A stretch of DNA of 63,913 bases, the filler included, from Basidiobolus ranarum (Eukaryota): NCBI GenBank assembly GCA_040143965.1. It is 3 parts of 3 records of this genome, joined end to end, with 100 filler letters (N's around TTAATTAATTAA, not from the genome) between each part and the next. Parts side by side here need not be neighbours in the genome. Positions count along the whole stretch, not along the records: positions 1 to 21,348 come from JASJQH010007083.1; 2 more parts are not named here. One strand, written 5' to 3'. Under the pieces are notes generated by a model. It searched no databases and had not been told where the DNA came from. It was given only the letters and a program-made list of their open reading frames with translations. The position numbers and the translations under genes are program-made. How positions within the stretch are numbered: the first letter of the stretch is position 1; the number at the start of each line of letters is the position of its first letter. This document shows positions 1 through 13,188 of the stretch, in pieces.

Positions 1-2719
1 GGATCATCAGGGTGGGTGGTGTTGATTTATGAACCCCACGATCTTTCGCTGATAGGTTAATGGAGCTCATTTCTTAATGCTATTTCATATAGTCAATATG
101 AACTAATCAGGGGTATACTCCATTACAAAGCATCTTCGCATTTCCTATAAAGTTAACTGTTTATCACATAAACATGCAATGAAGTACACAATGATCCGCC
201 GTTGAAAGCCAGTAAATTCCAGGGATATCCAGAGCGCATCCACCAGTAGTGGAACACATAAATACGGTACACCTCACAGAAGGAGGCATGGAAACAGGAA
301 TTTATTCAGGGAAAGCAGGCTACAGAAGGGTCACATCGCACAAGGTGGACCCAGGGATAATTACGAATGACCGTGAAATGACTTTGTGAAGTCCGCGTTA
401 TTATCTATAGCTTGCCCACTGGGCTTTTCTTTAGCACCTTTAATAGGCAGATATGGAATCTAATATTATACGTGATCAGTAAGTATATTAGTGCTGATCA
501 ATGATAGTCATGGCGATTGCTCCCCTACATTTGTCTTGCAGTCTTGGATTGGTAAGTGTATCAAACCCCAAGAAAATATTTTGGCGTTGGAGACTAGAGC
601 CTTTACTCATTCTAGAATGTGATTTTCATGTATACATCGGGTTTTAGCCAGTCCAATTTTAGCACAGCCTAACCTGTGTCAGGATTACCAGGCCTTGTTA
701 GAAACTCAGATAAATTGATCGACAATGTATGGGGCTGTAACCAATGGGTAACTCGTGCAGTGCCAATTACTACTAATTGAAATAAGCTCTGGGAATTCTC
801 ATTGTTAGTGTAACATTATTAAGGTCCTATTATGGCAATCTGTCTCCCATTTAATTCCCTTTTTATGCCACATGGTTAATGAACGAGAACAGCTGGCTAT
901 CAAAGTGATCCTTGGCTCCTGTGCATCATCGCATGTCTAGAACGCTGGTTTAGTGTCAACACGGTTTTACCAGTCCCAGGATCATTTATGTAGGAAACTT
1001 GGCATCACTCTATTCATGTTATTGCTTGCATTTTCTTGATTTTGATATTTGAAATCAGTGGACATTACTTAAACCACTCAGCGTCTCAGCCTGGGCTCTC
1101 TGATTGGTACTCATCTAGATGGATTACCAGAGCCGAAAACTTTATCCCTCTCTTGTGGTCGATTGTGTGATTGCTCTAACAGATCAGTCCATCAGCTCCG
1201 CTGAAGCAGCAGGTTGTTCCACGCGTGTAAGACACACCCAATGGTCAGATTGATTGATTTCTCCCTTTTTTGGCCTACGTTCTTTGATGCATAAGCAAAA
1301 GGGCTTAAATGAGCTGCTCATTCAAATGAATGGAAATGAATGAGAGATTATTCGAGTAGAAGAATACGCATTTTGATCCGAAGGCGAGAACTCAAGTTTA
1401 TATGTAGCTTAGCCTCATATCACAGGGTTTTTTCCATGTTGTACTTCGGACTATCTTTCCTACTATATCACTTATCATTATAGGCAGAAATCAAAGCTAT
1501 TAGAATGGCGGGTAGAAATGAAGTAATATTGATAGAACCTGTTTGCATACATACTACAGCTCAGATGTTCACCAATACTATTGTCCAGCGTGAATCTATT
1601 TTGTATATGTTGACCCTGTATACTCATACATATTAGCTGCTGTTTGTTATCGATTTTGAACATTTGCGACACACTGGGCCTCTTTTGTTGTGGGGTACAC
1701 TGCACTCTCCTCTGCATCGAATATATCACAGGGTCACAAAAACCGACCCAGCCCTATCTAGCCCTTCTCATTGTTGCATGTTTCAATAATGTACACTTAT
1801 CTCACAATGGATGAGTGTTCAAGGTTTTATGCTTGCACAAAACTGCAATTTCTACCAGCTTTGATGTATTGTTATACAATAGATGGGAGATGAGAGATGG
1901 CATACAGATAAGAACATAGTTATGTTTTGAAAGTACTATTTCATACCGTCTATCTTTTGCATGGTTATGTAGTTGACACAAGTGCCTGGAGATGTTTTGT
2001 ACTGACACCAATTATATGCCCTTTATCGTTATGACAATACCACTTATAGAGTACACACGTATTCCACCTAGATTATGTCAGACATCCATTCTAGGCATTT
2101 ATAAACATTCATCCTCGATGTGTTGTCTTTTTATTATCATGTACCCCCTAAGTAACTAACAGTGCTTGACTCCAGTTGCAGACTTGAACCAATTACTCAT
2201 TATGAATGCACAGTCACTAATAGAACAAGAGCGTAGGACTTTTTAACTGGTTGTGAAATAAAATAGTTCTCTAAATCAAATAATATCACAGGCACAATAA
2301 CTTCTGTGTAAGACAATTCCACCAATTTTAGGTGCTCTCTCACTATGCTGAGTCACCAGAATTTCGACTGCTTTACTAATGTGCATGGTTGCCAAAGCAT
2401 AGTTTCTGCATGTTTCAATTATCTAGTACCTCGGTCTAAAGTTACGTAATAACATTTTCTCCATACAAGTGTTTTTAGTTACTTAAATCAACCCTCCTAT
2501 TATTGACATACAATGTTTACTGTATAGTATCTTCTTTGAAGTATTATTTGCTCTAACGTAATTGCGCTGGTGGTATATTACAGGGTGAATCTCCCTTGCT
2601 CTCTGGCAAAGTTTGTGGCTGGTGTGAAAAGTATGAATATATAAGGTGATTGATCATTCATAATATGGTGCTAAACATCCTGTGAGTTTTATTAAAGTAG
2701 TGTATTTTTATGATGAATC

Positions 2720-3044
2720 TTTCATAACTGACATATTTTAAGCATCTATCTAGTTATATATTGCTTAGTATTTAGTAATTCCATATTTCACTATGATACT
2801 ACCCATTATTCTCAAGAAGAATTTGCTTAAAAGTTTGAAGATATGTAGATTTTAAAACTTACCATGAAGCCCCATATTTTGCACACACGTTCCTGGAATC
2901 TTTGTCACATATTCAATATATTAGTTTGTTTACATCTTGATAAAACTGTAACTGTCAACTATCTATTTGGTAAATTATTAAGTCAAAGCTGTAAAGTTTC
3001 AGTTCTCCAAGCCACTCTTGGCAAACTTCAAAAATACTTCAAAA
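2720..3044 (+). mobile_element. Degenerate solo LTR, family A
   Basis: Colinear with 16551-16898 (shared ACCCATTATTCTCAAGA, TTTGCACACACGTT, ATTAGTTTG.TTACATCTT, TTCTCCAAGCCAC). Ends are eroded, so boundaries are approximate. Confidence 0.65.
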
Positions 3045-3662
3045 AAATTAACTAAATGAAGCAAAGCCTTCTCGCTATGATTGTGCCAAAATCATTCAAG
3101 TGCAATTGGTACACAAAATATTCAGTTTGAAAGTAGTAGTAGTGAGGTGCTCTGACTTGAATTAAATGCCAATTATAGTGGGATTCTTGTGTTGAGTAAA
3201 GAAAAATACTTGTGTTAGCTGCTTTTGCACACTATAGTAGCCAGAAGCTTTAATACATGATAAGAGAGAACATTGAATACTTGAACATAGGAGAATATGT
3301 TTGAAAATTCCATACTTTTAGCACTCTTTGCAAAAGTATAACATTGCTCAATCACTTGTTGGTAATTAAGACAAGAGAATGAAGCACTGGAGTGGGATAT
3401 ACTTAACAGTAGTGATATGACTTGTCAGCTATAGTTCAATAGAGGAAATTTAGTGCCATTTATTGCTAGCTTTTGGATCACTCAGGGTTAGAGTAGTATA
3501 CATTTAACTCTCCCCTTCTATAGTGGCAGATTGTATGCATATTGTGCTTTGAAAGTATACATTATAGCTGACTAAATATTTGGGAAAGTCTATGAATAGA
3601 TACTGCATGACTTTCTGATTCAATTGAATGAGAGCGTGCTAGGAAAACTTTAAGGATTCGGC

Positions 3663-4011
3663 TGTTAAAGTATTATGGGGGCCTGTCAGAAGTGGTTTGC
3701 ATTACTAGAGAAATTGGTGATTTTCACTTATTGAGGTATGGAGTAGAAAGTTGTCATTTATAATTTGGTTAAGATATAAGCAAGCCAACAAATAGAATGT
3801 GCTGAGAAATGTGGCAGGAACATGTGTGCAAGGTTTGGTCCTTTGTGCACAAGTTTAAAAGATCTATATATCTGAGAACTTCTACATTAGTAAAAATATT
3901 CCATGTAAATTCCAATTCAGAAAATTTATTACTAGCTTAGTGAAATATAGGATAACTAGATACTAACCTATGTATGACTAAGGAGATGTTTGTGAAATGC
4001 TAATTTCAATG
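3663..4011 (-). mobile_element. Degenerate solo LTR, family A (inverted)
   Basis: Reverse complement of the 16551-16898 unit; starts TGTTAAAGTATT and ends TGCTAATTTCAATG. Confidence 0.75.
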
Positions 4012-4116
4012 ACTGCAGCATCATATCCCAGCTAATTATTGAAATTAGCACAGTGTAGACATCTCTATTGTCATATATAGCTCAGTATTGAGCTATTTAA
4101 TATTTCCCCAAGTTAT

Positions 4117-4427
4117 TGTTAAAATTAGCATTGCCTAAACATCTACATAGTCATATATAGCTTAGTATTTAGTTATCCTATATTGAACTAAGATATCACC
4201 TCATGAGGAACTTACTTGGAAGTTCTCAGATATGTTGATTTCTCAAAGAAGCCCCAAACTTTGTACGCATGTTCCTGTGGCCTTTCTTAACACATTCTAC
4301 ATGTTAGTTTGTTCACATCTTGACAAAACTATGAGTCAACTTTATACTCAAATAATCAGTAAGTGAAAACCACTAATTTCTCTAGCTCTTCAAATCACTT
4401 CTAACAGGTTCCCAAAATACTTTAACA
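4117..4427 (+). mobile_element. Solo LTR, family A
   Basis: TGTTAAAATTAGCATTGCCTAAA...AATACTTTAACA with TG..CA ends and short terminal inverted repeats. A partial copy of its 5' end lies just upstream (about 4037-4100). Confidence 0.8.
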
Positions 4428-4454
4428 TATATCACTCACTATTCTCAATTGGAA

Positions 4455-4702
4455 TTCACTTGGAATATTTTTGCCAACCTTGAAGTCCTCAAATATATAG
4501 ATCCTTTCAAGCTTGTCCTAGAAGCCATAAACATTGCATACATGCTCCAGGGATCTTCCTTAACATGCCCTATATATCTGGTTGTTTGTTTCTTAACAAA
4601 ACTATAAGCATTTACTTTCTAGGCAAAAAATCAATAAGTGGCAACCATCAATTCTTCTAGTTCTCCAAGCCACTTCCAACAAACTCCCAACATACTTCAG
4701 AA
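4455..4702 (+). mobile_element. 5'-truncated LTR, family A
   Basis: GGAATATTTTTGCCAACC...TTCTCCAAGCCACTTCCAAC matches the 3' two-thirds of 16551-16898. Confidence 0.7.
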
Positions 4703-5831
4703 CTAATACCCTTAAATTATGGAAATATAAGTAGAATGTTGCTATTGCAATTAAGAATGCAAAACTATGTGTGGGTATCTTGAGAGCTACCTATAATCAT
4801 TCTCATTACTACTAAATCTGTTGGAACCAGCATCAAAGTATAACATGGTCCCTCCAGAATTAGTTATAGTAACTGACTTACTAAGGTATAAATCAAACTT
4901 TGAGTAACACCTATCAGATGTAATTCTGCATTATGCAATAGTAACCTTTTGAATCACAGTCAAATATCAGGCTTTTAAATGGATTTTCAGGAAATAACTA
5001 TGCATCCTGATTGGGTGTAGATACATCCAATTATAATCTAAATATTGACACAGCTTTGACTTTAAAAACCATAAACCCAACATTGTTCATAATTGCATAT
5101 TAGCTTTTAAGGGGATTTTTCTCTACCAGTATCTAATCGACTATAATGACTAAGCCTCATTCTCTTGTACTTTGCATACATGAGTTTTCTTCATATATAT
5201 AGATAAGAGTGACCAATTTGCCAGTCCCTGTATATTCCTGTAAAAATGAGATTACATTATTAACATTACATATTCAACACTTTTGGGTGTCATTTTATGG
5301 AACGTTTAATAAGAGCATAAATTACTCTTCCCCTATCCATATGAATTATCAAGAATTTTCTCGATGTAGTACGAGATGGCAAGTGTCTATTTCGTCATAG
5401 TAAAGTTGGGCTAAGTTTTTGCAACTGACTTCATTGCTCCTCCACAATATTTTATACCTCCTACACTAGGACTCTATACTGTTACGCCACAAAAGTTCTA
5501 TTATTGAGTACTTCAGCTTCGAATTGCTACTATACAATTGGAGGTTAGATATCTGCTAAATATTTACAAATTCTTGTGATAGTATATCGAATGGTATATT
5601 AGTAGATAAAAGTACCGCTTTATCTATCTATGAGGAATACATCACCTCCCTCTTGGTAGAAGGCCATGTGTTGAACGACGATATACTTACATCAAAAAAG
5701 CCAAGTCGATTATTTGAGAATTTTCTATGGCTAACTCAACCAAACGCTGGGATTACACCCATGAATTCGAATCAATCATCACAATGCAACAACCAACAAT
5801 AAGTTTTTATTCTTAAATGATGGTTATCTAC

Positions 5832-6603
5832 TTAAGCAGTTTTTTTTAGGTAACCGAGATCTTTTCTCATAGCATAAGCATCTTCACCGTCAGCATAATA
5901 ACTTTTCTGTATTTCATGAATTTGAAATTTGAGACTTTCCTTGTAAAGATTTAAGGCGGCTCGATTAGTTTTACGAACATGTAGAGAAACGTATTGAGCT
6001 CCATAGACTTCCACCATGGATTTCTCTGATAAGGATGAAGTTAATATTGAGCAACATAAATGGACCCTATTGACCAATAAGAATGTTAACCTACGTGACT
6101 GGGTCATGAGTTTCTCAGCAAGTCCCAACCGACGAAAGTTTCTCATTACAGAAAGAGATGTTATGTGACCATGAGGTGCAGGTCCAGGTTCCTCATCCCT
6201 GAAGTATACATACAGATAAGAAAAATAGAATATCCTAAGAATATGAGTATATATATACTAAGGTGTACAATTTGGCAAGCACATAACCTACGATTCGACC
6301 TTTATGATCTTCAGCCACGTATGATAGTTGAGGCCAAGATAAAGCGTGATAAAAATCTTATTTCAGAATTTGTTTAGTCATAAAAAGTGGAGCACTAGGA
6401 AGGAAATGACATTTACAATATTTCATTTGATAATTCTCTGGAAGATTCATCAAATTGCAATTTTGCATCGCGAGAAGATCGTCAACCTTCGAAGTTCAGG
6501 AAAAAGTAGAGAGAAAATACACGTCAAATGAAAGTGAATTAGAAAAATATTATGTTCTTGTTAAAATGTTGAGTTATTCTACCGTAGCTTGTCTGACATT
6601 CAT
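5832..6603 (-). CDS. NAA10: N-alpha-acetyltransferase 10, NatA catalytic subunit (5 exons)
   Basis: Spliced translation [90 protein letters not shown]...[16 protein letters not shown]...[11 protein letters not shown] carries the Ard1 signature motifs; GT-AG introns. Confidence 0.96.
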
Positions 6604-7463
6604 TTTGTTGTGGGACTAACGATAAGAGCAGTGAGTTAGTAAGGAGTATTACCTAAGAAATGAGTAAATACAAGAACAAAAGGCCTTGGGAATCCATTAC
6701 ATTCGTAGTATTAAGGATTAATCGATATTATTACGGTGACGATTTACATGTAATCTGATGATACTGGTAGATCAGCACTATGCATTATAAATTGCCGAGA
6801 ACCTCCACACTCTTTAGTTACGCCTTGCCAACAGAAAGCATGTATATAATGCCGTGGAATTACCACCTATGTATATTTACTTCTTACCCAGCTAATTATA
6901 TCAATTCACCAACAGTCAGATCAGATTTTTTCTGCCACCATTAACGTTGCTACGTAACAACTAGCAGTCAATTTAACTTGTATAAGAGTGCATTTTGCTC
7001 TTGAATTGTTTTCCAGTTAGTAGTAGTATTCCTGCTATAGAAAACCTATAGCTCAGAGTTACATTTGACAGCTATCGATAATGCTGCATCAACCAGTTAA
7101 AGGTGGAAGTGGCTCATATAGTGATTGCCGATAGAACCTTATTGAGAGTCTGAATTGTGAGTGTTTTTTGGACCAGAGTACTTATAGATGACAATAAATA
7201 CAGAGCACAAATACGACGAATCTTCCATCATTTCGTGAACTGTACAACTGAAACAGATAGCTAGATAACCCGAGTTTCTCAAATGCCGCTATAATAGGAA
7301 ACAATCATATTTTTACATATCTCTTCATATATTGTTGTACTTTTGGTTTGCACATTCGTGATTATCCAATGATTAGAGGCAGTATTCACAAAGATAAAAC
7401 AGGGTGTGGTAGGTTAGATAAAGTAATAAGGAGCAATCTGTTACGAGAAACGGTGTGGGTAGA

Positions 7464-10400
7464 TTAATCATGATGTGGCTTTGTTTTTTGGAGAATTTCT
7501 CTCAAAGCTGGTGGCACAGGGTTGCTCCTATTCGTGTCAGTTGAAGATTGTGAGGCTGACTTGGTTACACGGTCAGCTGCCTCTACTCGTTGACTGAAGC
7601 GACGATAAAGTATCTCGGCCCGGCAAAGGGTTTCCTCAAGGTCAATATGCATGGACTGCTCATTGGCCCACTGTATATTAAGTAATACGTTAAGATTTAG
7701 TTTTGAGCAACTAGTGGATTCAAGATAATACCTTAAGGATTTCATCGAATGCTGTAAGATCTTCCAAGATGACTCTGCGATTTTGGTTAATAATAGCAAG
7801 AGCAATGAACAGGTGGAAATCTCTAGTGATATGGTCAGTCCATAGGACTTCCCATAGTCGCATCACATTTTCATACTCAAACTCACGCTTGAACCAAATG
7901 AGTAACCATCGGAAACAGAAAAAAAGGTTTAAAGAGTCGGTTTTTTCCAAATGACGATACATTGGGGGGTCCATGAACCGGATCAAACTCTCAAGAGTAC
8001 GAAGTTGCTTATTCATTCCAGTTTGGTCAGTATAGAAATTGGCCTTCTAGATCAAATCCAAAGGCAAATATCAATGATTAATTATCTGTGGCTTGGTAAA
8101 GATAATTTCAAATAGTATTGAACTTATATACCATTCGCTCCATAAAATTAACAAAGCACCAGAATGTGTCAACTTCATCTTGCATAACAACAAATAAAGG
8201 TGCAAGTAAATCACTCATTCCTTGTACATATCCTATATTCAAATATCGGGTTTAGAGTGTTGAGAACGCAATGACTACTGAGCTGATTTACGAACCTAGA
8301 TCTTTGTTATAGTAGTTGTACGTCATTAAGATGTGCTTGAGCATCTCTAAGTTCGAGTTAGTTCCAGGGAGCCCAGTTGCTGATAGAGTATCCAATCCTC
8401 CTTCGACTAAGCCCTCTTCTTCGGAAAATAATGGATTTGTCCTGTCTGTCCTCAAAACATCTTTCTCTACATTTATAATGAAGAGAGGAGATTAATCGTA
8501 TAACTAATTATCTAGAGGCAATATATCATATACCAATGCGATGTTTTTGATCTTGAAATTCTGCGTCTTCCTCAAGTTCTGAGTGACCAAACCAAAGATT
8601 CTTAAGACGAGTGTACTCCATCCTTCATTATTAAACAAGCTATTACAAATGATTCATCGGATTAACAGGGAGATAAAAAATTGCCCACTTGTTGTTCTCA
8701 ATGATTTTCTTACGCTGGACCTCAGTTGAATCCCACGGATAAATGCCTAAAAGGTATTTCCAAACAGTAGGTCGGATCTTATCCTCGACACCCTATTTGT
8801 TATTTTTAAGGGTTTTCCATTAGTTTTAATTCGGCCATTCCCATTTGAAATATACCAAGTACCCCTGCAAATATAGCACTCTTAATGTCTTCTTCACGCA
8901 TGAGCAAGCGGCCTTCGCTATTTTCCTTAGCTGAGCCTTCAAAATATCTATACCAAAGCTGGGAAGTGATGGGCGAGGTTCTGAGGGACTCTTTAGAAGC
9001 ATAGGAGAAGTCCTATAGTATTGAATATGATGAGCCAAGAGCAAATATAAAGATAGGAGAATTAATCAATTTCGCACACTTAATACTTCAAAAGTTCCAA
9101 GATCGGTCTCTTCTAAGAAATCTTCGTCAACATGGTATTCCGGATCATCATCATATTTTCGATTTTTTTTGGCTTTCTGAACGACGCCATTGGCCCATCT
9201 GGAAAGATAAAGTTTAGCTACTTCATACTCTTGCATGACATCTTGAGCAGCTGGGGACGCCTCAACAACTTCGACAAATCCAGGCGGTAACAAGTGCACC
9301 AAAGGACGTCCAAGTGGATGTTCAAGAATATGAGCTGAAGGTATAAATATGTTAGCACTTTCTCAAGTGAAATTCACTCCAAAGGGTACGAAAATGAATT
9401 TCAACCTGCTGAATGTTTGGTAAACTGTGTGACTTTGGAGAATTTCTCCAATACAGACCAAGTGAAGTCGTGTGCTGCCTGTAGATTGATAGTGTATGAT
9501 GGATTAGATGCAAGAAATGAAACAATGTGCGGAATTGATATAAAAAGACATTAAGGTGGACTAACATTCTTGAGAGATTCCTGATTCTGAGGATCAAACA
9601 GGTTGAGGCTTTGGTTAAAGAATTGAGTTGTAGTGGGTACTGAACTGCTCCCACGGGAGGTTTTGTGGCCAACATTCAACTGATTTTCGGTATTTTTCTT
9701 ACTCTCCCTATTAAGATAAAATAGATTTGTCCCTGTTTTAGATCTAATAGAGTAGTTATTAGTGGGTAATGTCAATCTTCATATATTTAAATATCCCAGC
9801 CTACTCCGTTAAGTTTCCTAATTGACATAACCATGCTAAAACTTCATCGCCTCCCCACAACTGAGCGTTTGTTTGATCATTATGAAACCAAAGTGGTGGC
9901 AGAGATTCCTCATTTTTTAAGGTAAGGATGAGGGACCCATGCCACTCGGTGAGTGAAGGTGGTTGAATTAGAATAGAATCAATTTGTTGAAGGCTTATCC
10001 AGCAAGAAAAGTCCGAAATTGAAGTTGACTCTGATGCTGAGTAGAGTTTGGGTGAAGGAATATAGATTTCGGCTACAATATTATAGGTTTGTCAGTAACG
10101 ATAGCGTCTCACAAACGTTTCTTTTTTGCATATACATTTTAGAATTGTTTTTCCCTCAACTCCTACAACTTGGACTTTCGGAGTCTTCTCTACTTTCTTA
10201 TAGCTGTCACGGTCCTCTTTAGGAATCAAATGTTCCGGGGTCCAGATCAATGCATATTTCCCAGTACCCTAACGAGAGTCTCAGAATCTCATTATTACAG
10301 CACAAATCAATGACGGAACTAACCTCTTCTACCAGACCTAAATATCCTCTTATTTTATCTTTCGGAGAGCCAGATTTGTATACATAAACATTTGTTTTGC

Positions 10401-10559
10401 AGAAGAGAAGACCTATCTTTATGATGTCTTTCATATCGTCCTAACAAAATAAATAAGGGACCAAGAAAAATCCAGTCTATGAAATTAGATTTCACTTACC
10501 GAGACTTCAGATAGTTGCAAGACATCCCAATCGATTTCTGCGGGATCCAGTTTTGACAT
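7464..10559 (-). CDS. GYP7: Rab GTPase-activating protein, TBC1D15/GYP7 family (multi-exon)
   Basis: TBC arginine finger EKDVLRTDR (about 8440), glutamine finger GYVQGMSDLLAP (about 8200-8230), LFFCFRWLLIWFKREF; N-terminal LLFCKTNVYV...IRGYLGLVE and the LYLSRWA segment typical of Gyp7. Confidence 0.92.
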
Positions 10560-10949
10560 CACCGGAATACAAAGGTAATTGTGACTCTAAAAGTGATAAA
10601 TAACTTTTTCTACAGTATACTGTAAGCGAAAACAACGTGTCAAGCTTTAGATGTGAAGTATTGATAAGCTTCGGGTACATCTCAGGTGCTTGATGTCATT
10701 AATTTCGCACTCACGTGAAACACCCTGAACTCTTGGCACGTCACATTTAGCGTTTTGTGAATCCTAAATTGCGGACTCTGCATATATATGAAAGAATATG
10801 AATGGTTACGTGATATCAGTGCTGATTTGAATTGATCTACTCTGCTAATTTAATAGGTGTATATATATTGAAGCTGATGACTTTTCATGCTGGAAACTAT
10901 CAACAGGTAGTTTACGTGACTTTCTCTCTTTTTCACTGAGGTCATCACC

Positions 10950-11450
10950 TATATGGCTGAATGATATCCAATAAAGCCATTGATGTTGATCCAGTTGCAT
11001 TACCCTGCTTGAAAGCATTTGATGTTGAGCAGGGCTGCTCCAGATCCTCAAGAGTGTTCAAGTGGTTGATCAGTGACACTAAGCAAAATACACAGTCCCA
11101 AATGGCTTGATTCATGTAGCAGTCTAGCCAGCAAAAAGCAATCGTGGATGTTTGCACCCTCTGCCCCTTACGGAAAACTGCGACTTGGGATATCTATGAT
11201 TCGCAGCCATTTCAGGAGCAGATTTCCCACTGTTTGAACTGAGGCAGCAAGTTAGAGAGCATAATCGCTGATTATCACGGCTAGGCTCATTTGAATCGAT
11301 GGGAGATAAGTGTAACCCTTCAGAGCAATAGGAGTCGGTTGCAGTGAATTTGTTGCCAGGTCAGTCTTAGAATATGAAACCAGTATAGCTTTAGATCGAG
11401 TATTGCTGCTAAGGGAATGCGAAGACACTCCAGGTAAACTCACATTAACT
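10950..11450 (-). pseudogene. Possible highly decayed non-LTR (LINE) reverse transcriptase fragment
   Basis: Frameshifted pieces SKAILVSYSKTD...PTPIAL, SQVAVFRKGQ and HDCFLLARLL occur in the order expected for the LINE RT N-terminus (KA.VV.IPK / YRPISL / QAGFR.GR / DHIF.L). No YxDD motif is seen. Confidence 0.25.
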
Positions 11451-11679
11451 GCAAAGTTGAGGGCTACGTATACTGGTAGCTAGTCAAATACTAGACTTGG
11501 AGCTAAATTAGGACAAATACGGTTGAGTCCAATGTATCATAACCCTTTTGATCAATATTTTGACTTAGGGATAATCAATGCGATTGGTTGGTTTAGCTAT
11601 ACTGCTGAAGATCTCTGGGATTATCCGTTTAGAAGAGAGATAAAAGGACTGCTACCCAACTATAATGGATTAATACAAA

Positions 11680-12625
11680 ATGAACGAAACAGAATCTGTA
11701 GTCACTCAAATTTCCACCAACTTTGTAAATTCGCCTACAATCGAATGGGGCCCATATTTTCCAGTTCCAATTGTTGCGACATTACACGCAGCTAAAATTG
11801 CCTTTGACTTGAGAAAGTCTCTTCCAAAGGGCGCAGAAGCTACTGGGGTCCAGGGACTACTTACTTTCTACGCTCTATCTTTTGGAGGGATATCAACTTC
11901 CGGTAAGTACTATTCAATACAAACATGTCGAAATGAACCCCTATTTTTAACGCTATGGATATACAGCTATGCTATTGGCAAGTCCTCCCGGTTGGCTAGC
12001 CTCCAATACCGTGCTCCCTGTTTATACGTAAGCATATTTGCTTAGCGTGAACATATGTTCGTTAACTCATGTATTGCCCATATTTAGGTTAATTTACTTG
12101 GCCATCTTTAAATGTCCTTTCGACTTGGTGTTTCGGCTTCTGACCCTTCTTGGGCCCCTCACTGGATTCTTTCTCGATGTTGGCGATAGTATCTCTCGTA
12201 CGTTTGCCATCACAAACATGGGTGTTGAAGCGGTTCGTCTCAGTAGCCGGAGTTATGTTACGAATTCTTATATAGGCATGTTAATTTGCGGCACTCTTTC
12301 TGGTTGCGGTGGGAGCATCTTTTCAGATGATTTTCAACAAACACAGTATAGCCAGGCTTCTCAGACATCTGAGGTCTTGTCGGCGCTCGGTTTTGACATG
12401 AAATTAAACTTTAGTGTCGCACTAGTCTACGTGCTAACTACATCACCGTTTACTTGGGTAAAGTATCTCAGCCTAATTGGTCTCGATGAATCATGGGCTC
12501 CTCTGTTATCCACCCATGAAGCAAAGACTGTATGTTGGTCAATACTTCTTGGTACCATGATATATCGCAAGTTTTTCACTTCATCCCCCATTCTAAAAAC
12601 TCAAGAGAAAGCTAAAGAGCAATAG
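11680..12625 (+). CDS. TRIC/TMEM38-like multi-pass membrane protein (3 exons)
   Basis: Exons 11680-11902, 11967-12027, 12088-12625. About 7 hydrophobic segments with Gly-rich helices LSFGGISTSAMLLASPPGWL and GTLSGCGGSIF, resembling the two repeats of TRIC channels. Confidence 0.65.
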
Positions 12626-12696
12626 GATCATCCTTATTTACCGTAATTACATAATATTACCGATAATTTGATATTCATCACTGTTGCGGTTTCCAT

Positions 12697-12711
12697 TGAC
12701 GTCATACGTCA
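12697..12711. promoter_or_regulatory. Tandem CRE/ATF-like sites upstream of calcineurin A
   Basis: TGACGTCA directly followed by TACGTCA, about 490 bp before the CNA1 ATG. Confidence 0.3.
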
Positions 12712-13188
12712 TCTCTTTTGATTCTAGTTGCTATATAAAATTCAGGAGAATACTTGAAACCCGCATTAAGCATATAATGACTTTTGATGATATCATCCAA
12801 TCAGAATCTTGGTAAATGTGCAGTCGAGCAAAACTTGTGAACCGATCCTCTATTGTGACCATGTATTCTGAGATAAATAAATGTTATTTTAATTTGGTAT
12901 ATTTAGAGCGTATAACGCTACTATCTCGTCGTATTACTGTGACCTTGAAACCAGCAACTACTTTATATATGCTATTAATTCCAACGAGATATATTTAGAG
13001 ACCAGTTTCTGCATCAAAATATATAGGACTTCTCGAAACCCTTGATCAAATCTATGTACAAAATGGCTTAAAAGTGGATAAAATGGCCAGCCCAGATTTG
13101 TGTACTTTTATGGAATTGGAAAGTGCATATTTTATTTCGCTCTAAATACCTACATACAAAATCTATTTCATTCTCGACTCTCATTAAT

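Noticed and set aside
1975..2025. GHIIGVSTKHLQA resembling the ISXO2/Merlin transposase C-terminal motif
   Set aside because: Single short match, no DDE core or terminal repeats nearby.
3663..4427. Foldback/MITE with long terminal inverted repeats
   Set aside because: Each arm occurs alone elsewhere, and the 16551-16898 copy has its own TG..CA ends and TSD, so these are two independent LTRs in opposite orientation.
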